A stretch of DNA of 64,000 nucleotides from Myxococcota bacterium (GTDB lineage: Bacteria; Myxococcota; XYA12-FULL-58-9; JALHOP01). The stretch covers positions 146 to 64,145 of the forward strand of contig JBGGMJ010000112.1 of NCBI GenBank assembly GCA_041288095.1. Direction: 5' to 3'. How positions within the stretch are numbered: position 1 is the stretch's first letter; every line of letters begins with the position of its first letter. A program made the position numbers and the translations under genes. The notes below the pieces were generated by a model. The model did no database searches, was not told where the DNA came from, and saw only the letters and a program-made list of their open reading frames with translations. Below, in pieces: positions 10,159-22,300 of the stretch.

Positions 10159-11733
10159 GTGGTACGTCGTCCCCTATTGGCCAGCGCCTTGCTCGTCGCC
10201 GTGAGTTGCCTGCGCGTCAATGTCGACCTCGACCATCGCTCGTGCACCGCCGGCGACTGCGCCGACGGCTACGTCTGTAACCCTCTGACCAGCGAATGCA
10301 CGCCTCCGGTCGATCTCGACCCCACCAGCGTGGCCGACGGAGACACCTGCGAGCTCGCGGGTAGCTTCCTGCCTTGCGTCGCCGGCACCAGCGGTTGCGA
10401 AAGCGGCTGCCGCATCTGCAATCCTGACGAGACCTGGAGCGAGTGCAGCTGCACCGGCCTGAACTGCGCTTGCTTTCCGACCAACCGGGGCGAGGAGATC
10501 TGCGACGGCTTCGACAACGACTGCAACGGCCAGATCGACGGTGAAGGCACGCTGGGGTGCACCCCCTCGTGGGTCGACGCCGACGACGACGGCTTTGGCG
10601 TAGGTAGCCCTATCTGCATTTGCGGACTACCCGAGGGGCGTGCGGCGCTACCTGGCGATCCCGACGACACCAATCCCAACGTCAACCCCGATCAAGGTGA
10701 AGTCTGCGACGGCGTAGACAACAACGGCGACGGCATCGTCGCGCGCGAAGTCGACAACGACGGTGACGGCTACGTCGAGTGCGCGCCGTGGGTGGGCACG
10801 ACGGCCGGCGTGATCGGCGGCGGCGACTGCAACGATACCAATCCCACCGTTCGCCCCGGGGTGCCCGAGGTCTGCGACGGCATCGAGAATGCCTGCCTCG
10901 GCTTGCCCAGCGACGAGACCGACAAGGACGGCGACGGCTTCGTCATCTGCCAGCCGTACGTCGGCACGCCGGGGGTGATCTTGGGCGGCGGCGATTGCGA
11001 CCCCTCACGTCCCGACGTCTTCCCGGGGGCGGCCGAGGTCTACGACGACGTCGACAACGACTGCGACGGCAAGAACAACGAGTGTCTCGTCGACTGCGAT
11101 TGCGGCGACACGTTGGTCTCGTGTTACCGGCTCGACACCCTGCCGATCGCTGTCGACGAGGGCAAAGCCGGCGTCCACGGCGACATCGAGGTCGGCAGCG
11201 GCTCGCTGGCGGCAGCGGTCGTCGGCATGGGCTACGCCATGAACACGAGCTACTACGTCGAGGGCGACAGCAGCCCAGCGCACGACATACGACGCTTCTC
11301 GCTCAGCGCCTGGGTGAACCCGCTGAGTGAGCCCACCGCCGCCTCCGCCGCGCGCTTCATCGTCGACGTCCAGAGTCAGTACGGCCTCTGGCACGCGAAG
11401 GGCGGCGAGCTCGGCTGCTTCTTCGTCGCCGCCGACGGCAACTTCATCGCCACCACCGCCTCGGGGGTTCTAGCGACCAACACGTTTTCGCACGTGGGCT
11501 GCAGCTACGGCGGCAGCAGCTTGCGGCTCTATGTCGGCGGCAGCCTCGTCGCGTCACGGAGCGCCAGCGGCAACGTCTACACCGACGATTCGGACAAGCT
11601 GCGCATCGGCTCGAACAGCCCCAGCGGCGACGCCTTCATCGGCATCCTCGACCACTTGAAGATCTTCGACGTCGGCATCAGCGAAGGCCGCATGTGCGCC
11701 GAAGCGCGGCAGCTCGATTGCAGTCCGTTTTAG
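10159..11733 (+). CDS. lipoprotein with MopE-like Cys/Asp-rich repeats and a C-terminal LamG domain (tandem paralog)
   Basis: Collinear with 8477-10093 over its whole length. I placed the start at the GTG at 10159 (GTG GTA CGT CGT = MVRR), matching the paralog leader MVRRPLLASALLVAVSC. The track start at 10054 would overlap the upstream gene. Confidence 0.75.
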   Translation: MVRRPLLASALLVAVSCLRVNVDLDHRSCTAGDCADGYVCNPLTSECTPPVDLDPTSVADGDTCELAGSFLPCVAGTSGCESGCRICNPDETWSECSCTGLNCACFPTNRGEEICDGFDNDCNGQIDGEGTLGCTPSWVDADDDGFGVGSPICICGLPEGRAALPGDPDDTNPNVNPDQGEVCDGVDNNGDGIVAREVDNDGDGYVECAPWVGTTAGVIGGGDCNDTNPTVRPGVPEVCDGIENACLGLPSDETDKDGDGFVICQPYVGTPGVILGGGDCDPSRPDVFPGAAEVYDDVDNDCDGKNNECLVDCDCGDTLVSCYRLDTLPIAVDEGKAGVHGDIEVGSGSLAAAVVGMGYAMNTSYYVEGDSSPAHDIRRFSLSAWVNPLSEPTAASAARFIVDVQSQYGLWHAKGGELGCFFVAADGNFIATTASGVLATNTFSHVGCSYGGSSLRLYVGGSLVASRSASGNVYTDDSDKLRIGSNSPSGDAFIGILDHLKIFDVGISEGRMCAEARQLDCSPF

Positions 11734-11891
11734 CGAACACAGCCCTCCGGAGTTGAGCACCACCAACCCCGGCACCAGCGCACGCTAGCCGTTACACACA
11801 CTCTGTAGGCGCTTGGGAGGTGGTGGAGGTGGTGGTTTTCGCCGCTAGAGCGGACGGCTCGACCGTAGTGTCTCGATGAAGGAGCAATGGA

Positions 11892-13763
11892 ATGCGCAAA
11901 CACTCCCCCATCGTCGTCGTCACCCTCGTGCTTGCTGTGGCTTGCAGCGACAAGAAGTCGGGCAGCGACGTTCTGAGCGCACGCATCGTCGAGCCAAACG
12001 GCATAGCGACGATTCTCAGGGGCACCGCGTTTGATCTCCGCGCGACCTTTGCCGACGGCCCCAACGCCGTAACGCCCGACAGTGTGAGCTGGCGGTCATC
12101 GGAGACTGACGATCAGCTTCCCCAGACCAATCCGGCGCACAACGTCGTGTTGACCCCGGGCGTCCGCGCCATCAGCGTGACTGGAAAGCTCGCGGGCAAG
12201 GAAGGCTCTGATCAGGTCGAGATCACCGTCGGCGACATCGGCGTCGCGATCGCGCGGCCCACGAACCGACGCCAGGTCGCTCCCGGTCAGACGGTGGCTC
12301 TGCAGGGCGAAGGTCAGGCCTACAGCGGCGTGAACCAAATCCAGCTCAACCCAGTGAACGCGGTGTTCGCATGGACGGCCGACGGCGTGGCCTTTGGCGG
12401 CAATCAGAACCAGCTGCAGAGCCCAATGACGTTGACGGTAGGCGAGCACACAATCGAGCTCACCATCACCTACTCCGATCCCGCGACAACGACGGTGTTC
12501 AGTGGCAGCGCCCGGATCACCTTGGTCGTGAACACCGCTCCAGCGGTCAGCATCACCGCGCCCAATTGCCCGATCGATCTGCCGGCCGGGTCCCCGCAAA
12601 CGTTCGTCGGTATCGCCAGCGACGCCGAGGACGGACCGCTCACGGGGAGCTGGGTCGACCTGCTGACCGGCGAGGACACCAGCGGCGACACCTGGGTATT
12701 CGCGAGCGACGTGATCGGCAAACACGAGCTCGAGTACTCCGCCGCTGACTCGACGGACCACATTGCCCGCGACACGTGCGGTGTACGCGTCTACCCCGTG
12801 GGCGAGAGCGCGGCGGCACTCTTCCCGAGCGCGGCGGCGGTGAGCAGCGCCATGCCCAATGACAACATCGAGGTGGTCTACCTCGACGGCAGCGGCAACC
12901 TGCTCGCCGGCAGCCACGGACAGCTCGCGGTGTTCGACACGGCGCTTGCGCTGATCAACGACGGCTCCGGATCGTCGAACCCCTACGATGGTACCGAGCT
13001 CGGCGTCGGCGGCGGCTCGACGGTGCGAGACGTGATCATCGTGGGAACAAAGCTTCTCGCCGCGACCGCCGACGGCCTCGCGCAATGCGACTACAGCGCT
13101 GGCAACCTGAGCGCCTGCACCGACATTGGCGACGGCCAGGACTTCAACGGCGTCGCATTCGCCTCCGACACTCCGCTTGGGGGGGTCCTTGCCTCCTCCG
13201 CCGTCGACGGCTTGTTCGTCGCGACCTACTCCGCCGGCAGCATCACGGCGTCGCATTTCTACGATCGTGACGTGTTGACGACGCGAGACGACATCCGCGA
13301 CGTGCTCTTCGTTGGCGGCGCTTTGTACGTGGCAACAGATTCAGGAGTTTGTGTCCTCAACGACCCCGCGGCGGCGGCGGCGGTGATTGCGACTACGCTG
13401 TGCGACGACGTCATCGCCGTGAACGACGCGCGCAGTCTATCGCACCGCAATGGCGTCCTGTGGATCGGCACCGACAACGGCCTGGTGCGCCGCGACCTTT
13501 CGAGCGGCGGCGCTGTAACGTTCGACCGCGATGCCGGACTGCCAAGCGACAACATCAACGACGTCGTCGTCGCGCCCGATGGCATCGTCTGGGTAGCCAC
13601 CGACAGCGGCGTTGGCCGACTCGATCCCGAGACCGGTCACGTCGTGACGCTGAGCCCACCCGATTGGAACGGCTCGGCTCAGGTGAACAGCATCCTCATC
13701 GCACCGGACGGCAGCAAGTGGTTCGGTACGGACGAAGGCGTGGTGCACTACGTTGGTGCTTGA
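11892..13763 (+). CDS. lipoprotein with Ig-like N-terminal domains and a C-terminal Reg_prop-type beta-propeller
   Basis: Leader MRKHSPIVVVTLVLAVAC with an AGGAG-like SD upstream. C-terminal repeats NGVLWIGTDNGLVRRD, DGIVWVATDSGVGRLD and DGSKWFGTDEGVVHY resemble two-component-regulator propeller repeats. Confidence 0.7.
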   Translation: MRKHSPIVVVTLVLAVACSDKKSGSDVLSARIVEPNGIATILRGTAFDLRATFADGPNAVTPDSVSWRSSETDDQLPQTNPAHNVVLTPGVRAISVTGKLAGKEGSDQVEITVGDIGVAIARPTNRRQVAPGQTVALQGEGQAYSGVNQIQLNPVNAVFAWTADGVAFGGNQNQLQSPMTLTVGEHTIELTITYSDPATTTVFSGSARITLVVNTAPAVSITAPNCPIDLPAGSPQTFVGIASDAEDGPLTGSWVDLLTGEDTSGDTWVFASDVIGKHELEYSAADSTDHIARDTCGVRVYPVGESAAALFPSAAAVSSAMPNDNIEVVYLDGSGNLLAGSHGQLAVFDTALALINDGSGSSNPYDGTELGVGGGSTVRDVIIVGTKLLAATADGLAQCDYSAGNLSACTDIGDGQDFNGVAFASDTPLGGVLASSAVDGLFVATYSAGSITASHFYDRDVLTTRDDIRDVLFVGGALYVATDSGVCVLNDPAAAAAVIATTLCDDVIAVNDARSLSHRNGVLWIGTDNGLVRRDLSSGGAVTFDRDAGLPSDNINDVVVAPDGIVWVATDSGVGRLDPETGHVVTLSPPDWNGSAQVNSILIAPDGSKWFGTDEGVVHYVGA

Positions 13764-13770
13764 CGTTCTC

Positions 13771-14463
13771 TCAGCGGACGAGCCAAGCGCCGAGCGTGCT
13801 GAGCACTTCCGCGAGCGCGTCGTCGTCCTTACCGAGCTTCTCGCCCTTGGAGAGCCAGCGAACGAGCAACGAGACTTCGCTGCGGCCGAGCGCGCCGTCT
13901 CCGATGAGCTTCGCGAACAAGCGGTCGCGCTCTTCGGGGAACAAGGCGCGCACGAGGTCGGCGATGTCCTCTGGTTTCAGCGCCTTGTCTTTCTTCTTGT
14001 TCTTGAGCTCGCCAGCGCGCTTCTTGATGATCTCGAGCGATTGGCCCGGCGATGTCGTGTCCGACAGATCCATCACGGGGGCGCCCGGCGCATCGACGCC
14101 GAGGGGCAGACCATCCCAGCCCGGCAGCGGCGGCACCTCGAGCGAACGGCCAACCTGATCGAGATCGCGGACGAATGCGCGCCCTGCCTGCTCACGCACC
14201 GACGGGTTTCCGGCCGTCGCCATGCGGGCAAACAACATCCACATGCGGCCGCACTGCTGCGCGGCGACCAGCTCGGGAGGCACGAGCGCCGAGCAGAGAA
14301 TGCCCAAGCGCTTGGTGATCTCGTTGGCCTCGTCGGGCTTCTGCACGATGACGCGCGCCGCGATGGCGTACATCAACAGCACCTCGGAGACATCCGAGGG
14401 CATCTGCGGGCGGAATACGCCCGAGATGTCCATCTTCGAAGCTTTGCTCTTGGCGGCGCTCAC
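13771..14463 (-). CDS. hypothetical protein co-transcribed with prkA
   Basis: 230-aa ORF beginning 11 nt downstream of the prkA stop on the same strand. Has a Lys-rich segment ([20 protein letters not shown]). No recognisable domain. Confidence 0.55.
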   Translation of the reverse strand: MSAAKSKASKMDISGVFRPQMPSDVSEVLLMYAIAARVIVQKPDEANEITKRLGILCSALVPPELVAAQQCGRMWMLFARMATAGNPSVREQAGRAFVRDLDQVGRSLEVPPLPGWDGLPLGVDAPGAPVMDLSDTTSPGQSLEIIKKRAGELKNKKKDKALKPEDIADLVRALFPEERDRLFAKLIGDGALGRSEVSLLVRWLSKGEKLGKDDDALAEVLSTLGAWLVR

Positions 14464-14474
14464 AGAGGCTTCAA

Positions 14475-16505
<2,031 letters not shown>

Positions 16506-16618
16506 GGGGTGCAATCCTTCGAGCGGGTGCGTGCGGTTAACGGGTCCGACACATGGTTACACAGTGGCCCAAGACACTCAACTTGCACTCGGGCTGTGGA
16601 GAGAGCAAGTAACCCCGG

Positions 16619-17761
16619 ATGAGTCGTTGGAATTTCGCGTGTCTCGTGGCGGCGCTGGCGCTTCCTGGGGCGCTGGCGCTCGCGAAGCCAACAATCGAGA
16701 CGCCAAAAGCCACGAACGCACCGCCTGAACAGCCCAGTGCTGCTCCTTCGCCTGTCTCGACGGCTCCGCCTGCACCGACTGCCCCCGAGCCTGCTCCCGC
16801 TGCCCCATCGCCGAAGGTCATAAGCGACGCCCGTGCCGGGATGGGCACGCGCATGCAAATTCTCGTCTACACCGCCGACGAAAGCGGCGCGCGTGCGGCC
16901 ATCGCCGATTGTTTCGCCGAGCTGACGCGACTCGAGCAGGTGCTGTCGGAATGGATCCCGACCTCGGACGTGAGCCGCGTGAACCTCGGGGCGGGAACGG
17001 CGCCGGTGAAGGTCGGGCCCGACGCGCTGGCGGTGGTGACGGCGGGCAAACAGGCGGCCGAGCTTACGAACGGTGCCTTCGCGCTGACCTGGCTCGCGCT
17101 CGCCGGCTTGTGGCGGATCCCGCCGCCGCAAGGTGAGGCGCCGCGTGTACCCGCGAAAGCGGACGTCGATCGGGTATTACCGTTGATCGGTGACGCGGCG
17201 ATCGTCGTCGATGCGACCGCGAGCACGGTGCAGCTCCCACGTGGCGGCATGGCCATCGGCGTCGGCGCCATCGGCAAGGGCTACGCCATGGATCGCGTCG
17301 CCGATCTGCTGGCGCGGCGCGGCTTCAAGAACATGCTGGTGTCGGCCGGTGGTGACGTCGTGGCCCGCGGTAGCAAAGGCGCGCGCCCGTGGTCGGTAGG
17401 CATCCAGGACCCGCGCGGACCCGGGTACTTCGCGGTGTTGAACCTGGTCGACCAAGCGATCTCCACCGCCGGCGACTACGAGCGCTACTTCGAGGTCGGC
17501 GGTGTCCGCTATCACCACATCCTCGACCCGCACACCGGCTATCCAGCGCGCGGCACACGCTCTGTGACCGTTATAGCAGACAAAGGCACAATCACGGATG
17601 GCCTCGACACCGGCATCTTCGTGATGGGTCCGCAAGCCGGCATGAAGCTGATCGAAGACGACCCACGGCTCGAGGGCGTCATCATAGACGATCAAAACGC
17701 CATGACCGTCTCGAGCGGGCTCGCGAAGACCTTGCGCGTGCTGCGGCAGCCAACCCAGTAA
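16619..17761 (+). CDS. apbE: FAD:protein FMN transferase (ApbE family), secreted
   Basis: Signal peptide, then a Pro/Ala-rich linker, then the ApbE core (GVGAIGKGYAMDRVADLL, ISTAGDYERYFEVGGVRYHHILDPHTGYP). Confidence 0.85.
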   Translation: MSRWNFACLVAALALPGALALAKPTIETPKATNAPPEQPSAAPSPVSTAPPAPTAPEPAPAAPSPKVISDARAGMGTRMQILVYTADESGARAAIADCFAELTRLEQVLSEWIPTSDVSRVNLGAGTAPVKVGPDALAVVTAGKQAAELTNGAFALTWLALAGLWRIPPPQGEAPRVPAKADVDRVLPLIGDAAIVVDATASTVQLPRGGMAIGVGAIGKGYAMDRVADLLARRGFKNMLVSAGGDVVARGSKGARPWSVGIQDPRGPGYFAVLNLVDQAISTAGDYERYFEVGGVRYHHILDPHTGYPARGTRSVTVIADKGTITDGLDTGIFVMGPQAGMKLIEDDPRLEGVIIDDQNAMTVSSGLAKTLRVLRQPTQ

Positions 17762-18553
17762 TCAGGCGAGATCGAAGAGCAGCACTTCCGATATGTCGTC
17801 GCCGGTCAGCTCGATGGTCCCGGGGACGCCACCGTAGGCGGCGTCGCCACCCTCCAGCGTCTCGCCGTTCACGGTGACGAGACCACGCGCGACCTGCAGC
17901 CAGACATGGCGCCGCGGCTGCAATACGAAACGCACCCCATCGCCCTTCCCGAGTGTCGCCGCGTGGAGGCGGCAATTCTGACCGATGGTGACGCTCTTCT
18001 CGGCGCCATCGGGAGAGGCGATCAATCGCAGCTGGTTGCCACGCGCGGTCAGAGGTCGCTGCTCGTAGCTCGGCGCGTACCCCGTGCGCTCCGGCATCAA
18101 CCAGATCTGCAGCAAGTGCACCGATTCGCTGTGAGAAGCATTGAATTCGCTATGGCGTATGCCCGTTCCAGCGGACATGCGCTGGACCTCGCCCGGCACG
18201 ATGATGCCGCCGTTGCCCAGCGAGTCCTTGTGGGTCAGCCCACCCTCCATGACGTAGGTGACGATCTCCATGTCGCGGTGTGGGTGCATGGGGAAGCCCG
18301 AGTCGGCTTTGATGCGGTCCTCGTTGATGACGCGCAGCGCGCGGAACCCCATGTTGTTCGGATCGTAGTAATCCGCGAATGAAAACGAGTGATGGCTGTC
18401 GAGCCAGCCGTGATTCGCGTGGCCGCGCTCGACAGCGCGGCGAATCGTCAAAACAGCGCGTTCGGGCGCGGGACGAGCGTGGGAGCGACGGACGAAGCCC
18501 GTGGCCGTAAGGCCAAGCCCCATCGCCAACAGCGAACGGCGCGAGATTGCCAT
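17762..18553 (-). CDS. pirin family protein with a twin-arginine signal peptide
   Basis: Cupin/pirin motifs (HPHRDMEIVTYVMEG, RMSAGTGIRHSEFN). N-terminus MAISRRSLLAMGLGLTATGF is a Tat-type leader, so I used the internal ATG at 18553. Confidence 0.8.
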   Translation of the reverse strand: MAISRRSLLAMGLGLTATGFVRRSHARPAPERAVLTIRRAVERGHANHGWLDSHHSFSFADYYDPNNMGFRALRVINEDRIKADSGFPMHPHRDMEIVTYVMEGGLTHKDSLGNGGIIVPGEVQRMSAGTGIRHSEFNASHSESVHLLQIWLMPERTGYAPSYEQRPLTARGNQLRLIASPDGAEKSVTIGQNCRLHAATLGKGDGVRFVLQPRRHVWLQVARGLVTVNGETLEGGDAAYGGVPGTIELTGDDISEVLLFDLA

Positions 18554-18641
18554 GGCGGGATTATCCCGCGTCGCACGGCCGCGTGTAAGTAGTTTCGAGC
18601 ATCCACGCACCCACCGGCGTGAACGCTCTGGGGTTGCCGCC

Positions 18642-18848
18642 ATGCCTCAGAAAAGCCTTGAACTTACCGCGAGAAACACGACCCGCCCGAGCCTCGAGCT
18701 CATCGGGCTCGTCGAGAAGAGCAGCGAGCACGGTTCCGAGGGGGGCATCGATTTAGCGGAGCTCATGGAGCCCGTATCCATGCGCTACGCACCCCACTTG
18801 GACCGCGCAGACGTCCGCGCATTCGTCGACAGGTTGGCGTTTGCATGA
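18642..18848 (+). CDS. small hypothetical protein (68 aa)
   Basis: ATG at 18642 inside track ORF 18501-18848. Its stop overlaps the next start (ATGA at 18845-18848). No motif, so the call is weak. Confidence 0.3.
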   Translation: MPQKSLELTARNTTRPSLELIGLVEKSSEHGSEGGIDLAELMEPVSMRYAPHLDRADVRAFVDRLAFA

Positions 18849-19252
18849 CGACGACGCCCGAGTCGATCGCCGAGCACATTTTACGAAGCGACCTCGAGGG
18901 CAAACGTCGCTACGACAGCGCTTCTGTCCGTCACGTGCTCCCACTCATCGTGCTCCAAGGTGGTTACCCGCCGGGCGTGAATCCCCGTGTCGACACCATC
19001 ATGCGCGACTTCGCCGAGGCCGCCGGGATCACGCCGAAAATGTCCGCTCGAGCGATGACCAAAGCGATCAACGAGTACTACAAAGGCCACCCGCCCAACC
19101 CCGAGCTCATGGCCGAGGTCAGCGAAGGCGTGCAGGCCATCGTCATGACGCGCATCGGCGCGGAATCGGCCCGTCACCTGCGCACGCACGCGCGCGAGGC
19201 CAAAACCCCGGGCCCAGTGCGACGCCAGGCGATCCCGCTGCACGACGCCTGA
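18845..19252 (+). CDS. hypothetical protein (135 aa)
   Basis: ORF with non-repetitive composition directly upstream of the 1326-aa gene on the same strand. No recognisable motif. Confidence 0.45.
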   Translation: MTTTPESIAEHILRSDLEGKRRYDSASVRHVLPLIVLQGGYPPGVNPRVDTIMRDFAEAAGITPKMSARAMTKAINEYYKGHPPNPELMAEVSEGVQAIVMTRIGAESARHLRTHAREAKTPGPVRRQAIPLHDA

Positions 19253-19370
19253 AGCCGCGCGCCAGGTCGAAGTGCCGCAAGGTCAGGGTCGCACACGTTC
19301 CCGCTTTTCGTGCGACGTGCGGTAAACTGAGTGGAGGTGCTTCGTCTCCCGGGCGACGAAGACACGGCGC

Positions 19371-22300
19371 ATGGACAAGCTGCAAAACTACGTCAACCTG
19401 CCCATGGGCAGCGCTGACAATCCGAGCGGTGATCCGATGCTGCGCGATCTGCGCATGCGCATCGACACCTGGGCAGCGAACCCGGCGCCGTCGCAGGCGG
19501 AGACGCGCGCGGTCGCGACCCACCTCGAGAACCACATCAAAAGTGGCGACCCGAACAAGAAAGACGACCGCAAGCGCGGCGTCAAAGAGCAGCTGATCAA
19601 GGTGAGCGACAAGCACCTCGAGGATTTGCTGTCGGTGCTGCCAAAGCCACCGCGTGAAAGCCCGCTACGCGACATCGTCGACACGATCTTGGCGGAGCGC
19701 GAGAGCGCGCGCGCCGAGGAAAAACAGCACCTCAGGTTGGTACAGGCGAACAACGACGAGCTGCGCCCTGACCGAGGCGGCGCGGCGCGGGGCCCACGGA
19801 GCGACCCAGCGCCGGGCGCCTCGCCGTCTGATCCCCGCAGCGTCCAGACGGATGCGCCACAGGCGCCGACCGACCCGGCCTTCGGCAAACGCGCTCAGGA
19901 ACGAGCCGGCAAGATGGAGGATGTCCTCCGCCCGTTTGGCGAGAACAAGGGCTTCTCGACGCAGACCATCGTCGAGCTCGAAGTGATCATCGAGTCCGCT
20001 AACACGGACGGAGCGTGGGCGCGTGGCCAAGCCTTCACCGCGGCCGGCAAGGCGCTCGAGAAGCTCGACATCTACAAGCTAAGGGCCCTCCTGCTCGTCG
20101 TGAACAATGGCGAGCTGAGAGATCTCATTCGCGACCTGATGAACGCGAAGGGCGGCGTCACCAGTGGCGCCCACGGTACGGCGGTTCTCGGCGGCGAAGG
20201 TGTCGAAAGGGGCGAGGCGACTCACTTCTTCGAAGTCACCCCCAAACAGATCGCCGACCGCGCCAAAGCGGTCCTCGAGCGCGCCAACAAGGGCGCGGCG
20301 TTGCGCGACGGGTTCTACGGCCTCGCCAAGGCGGACCAGGTGGCGCTCGAGAGACAGATCGGCCAGCTGCTGCTCGAGCAGGCAAAGAGCGGCGGCCCGG
20401 CGTCGAAGAGCTCGCCCGAACAGCTCTTCCAGGCGCTGCTTGGCCGCCTCACCGAACGTGACCGCAAGCTCTACGAAGCACTGCGCAGCAATGACAACAG
20501 CCGCTTTGCCGTCGAAGACGAGATCTACGCCTCGGTGAAAGGCATGGGCACGTACATGCCCGGCCTCATCGACGCCTTCAGGAAGCGCACGGCGGCGCAG
20601 CGCGCCCAAATCGAAGGCCGCTATTACAACCGCTATGGCGAACGCCTCGACGATCGCCTGTATGACGAGACCAGCGACACGTTCACCCTCACCGAAGACT
20701 ATGCGCAGGTGGCGCTGCTTCGCCGGCAGCAGAAACCGGGCGACGGCGAGCTCGCCTTCCGCATCTGGCAGGCGAGTCAGAGTGCCGACGCCACCGGTTT
20801 GTTCACGGCGTTCGAAGAGGCCGTCGAGAGCGGACGCTTCGCGCACATCGAAGCGCTGTTTGCAGAGGCCGTTCCCGGCCGCGAGCTCATCCGCGACGTG
20901 ATGGACAGCCTCCGCCGCTCCGGCCAAGGCTCGTCGCGCGACTGGTACGCGCGCATGGACGCGCTCCTCAAGGGAAAATACGACCACTACCTCGCGCTCA
21001 CCGCCAAGCTGGTCGCCGAGCGCGGACACCCGCCCGCCGAGCTGGTCCGCGTCTTCGAGCGTTACAAAGGCAAGGTGACGCCCGAACAGCTGCGGGCGGC
21101 CTATACGGCGGAGGGCGGCAAGGGCGATCTCGTCGCCGAGGTCACCAAGCGCGATGCGGCGCTCGCCATCCTCTTTTCGGACAAGGCGGACGGTCCGCCC
21201 CAGGGCGGCGACCTCGCGAGCCTGGCGATGGCGTTGCGGGACACGCTCGAGAGTAGCTCCGAGCGCGGCCCGCGCGTATCGGCGCTGCTCGCCAAGGTAA
21301 AGCCGGAGCAGCGCGACGCCTTTCTCAGGACCTTCGAGACCATGCACGGCCAGTCCGTCGAGCAGGCCATCGCCAAGGCCTTCCCGCCCTCGAAGACCGG
21401 CAAATCGCAGCCCTGGCGTGACCGTCTCGTCTTCGAAGCCGCCGGCGGCAAACATTCACTAGTCGGTTTGCTCGGGTGGGTGCGTCCGGGCTTTGGTACG
21501 CCGAGCGAACTTCTGTCCGCTTTAGCGGCGGCGGCGCCGGACGAGCGTCGCACCTTACGCTCCGACTTCGACAAGCGCCACCGCCGCGGCGACTTCGATC
21601 TCTGGATGGCCGGCCTCGAGCCGCGCATACGCCGTGCCGTTCAGATGCAGCTCGGCATGACCCCCGAAGAGATCGAGAAGCTCTGGTTCAGCCAGCGCCG
21701 CGAAACCGGTTGGGCCGGTGCCTCGCGCTTCATGATGGACACCTTCGGCTTCAGCGGTGTTTTCCTCGACACGGCGGTCCACGACTTTTTCATCGAGTCC
21801 GAGCGCATCACCCGCCGCATCGAGCGCGACGGCGAGGTGTCAGCCGACGATCTGCGCACCTATCTCGCGGCACACGCTGCGATGCTCGAGCGCTTCGCGG
21901 CCTACGACCGCGAGAAGGCCGACGTCGCGGACACGGTGAGCGGCGCCGCGGCCACGATCGCGGGCATCACAGTCGCCATTGCCAGCGGCGGCTCGCTGTC
22001 TCCCCTCGTCTTGCTGGCAAGCGCGGCGACCACGGGCGTCGTCGCCTCGACCGCGACCGGCCTCGTCATGGGTAGCGACGCGACCTTCGCCCAGCTCGTC
22101 GAGACCGGGTTCAAGGCGGGTGCCGTCGACGCGATCTTTCAGGGCGGCACGGCGGTGATGATCAAAATCGCCGGCCGCACGGTCAAGCTCGTCGGAGGCC
22201 CAGGACCGACCGCCAGGATTGCACCGCCTCCTGGGGCGCCACGTGAGCTCCCCATGGTTCACGGTGTCCCTCAGAGCGGCGGCGCGATGTCGCCTTCGAC

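Noticed and set aside
12096-13256. 386-aa minus-strand ORF inside the Reg_prop lipoprotein gene
   Set aside because: Shadow ORF with R/A/G/D-rich low-information sequence. The plus-strand frame has a signal peptide, an SD and recognisable repeats.
16565-16587. Sigma-54-like TGGCCC ... TTGCA element in the prkA/apbE divergent region
   Set aside because: The GG and GC dinucleotides are 19 nt apart instead of the required 12, so it does not fit the -24/-12 geometry.
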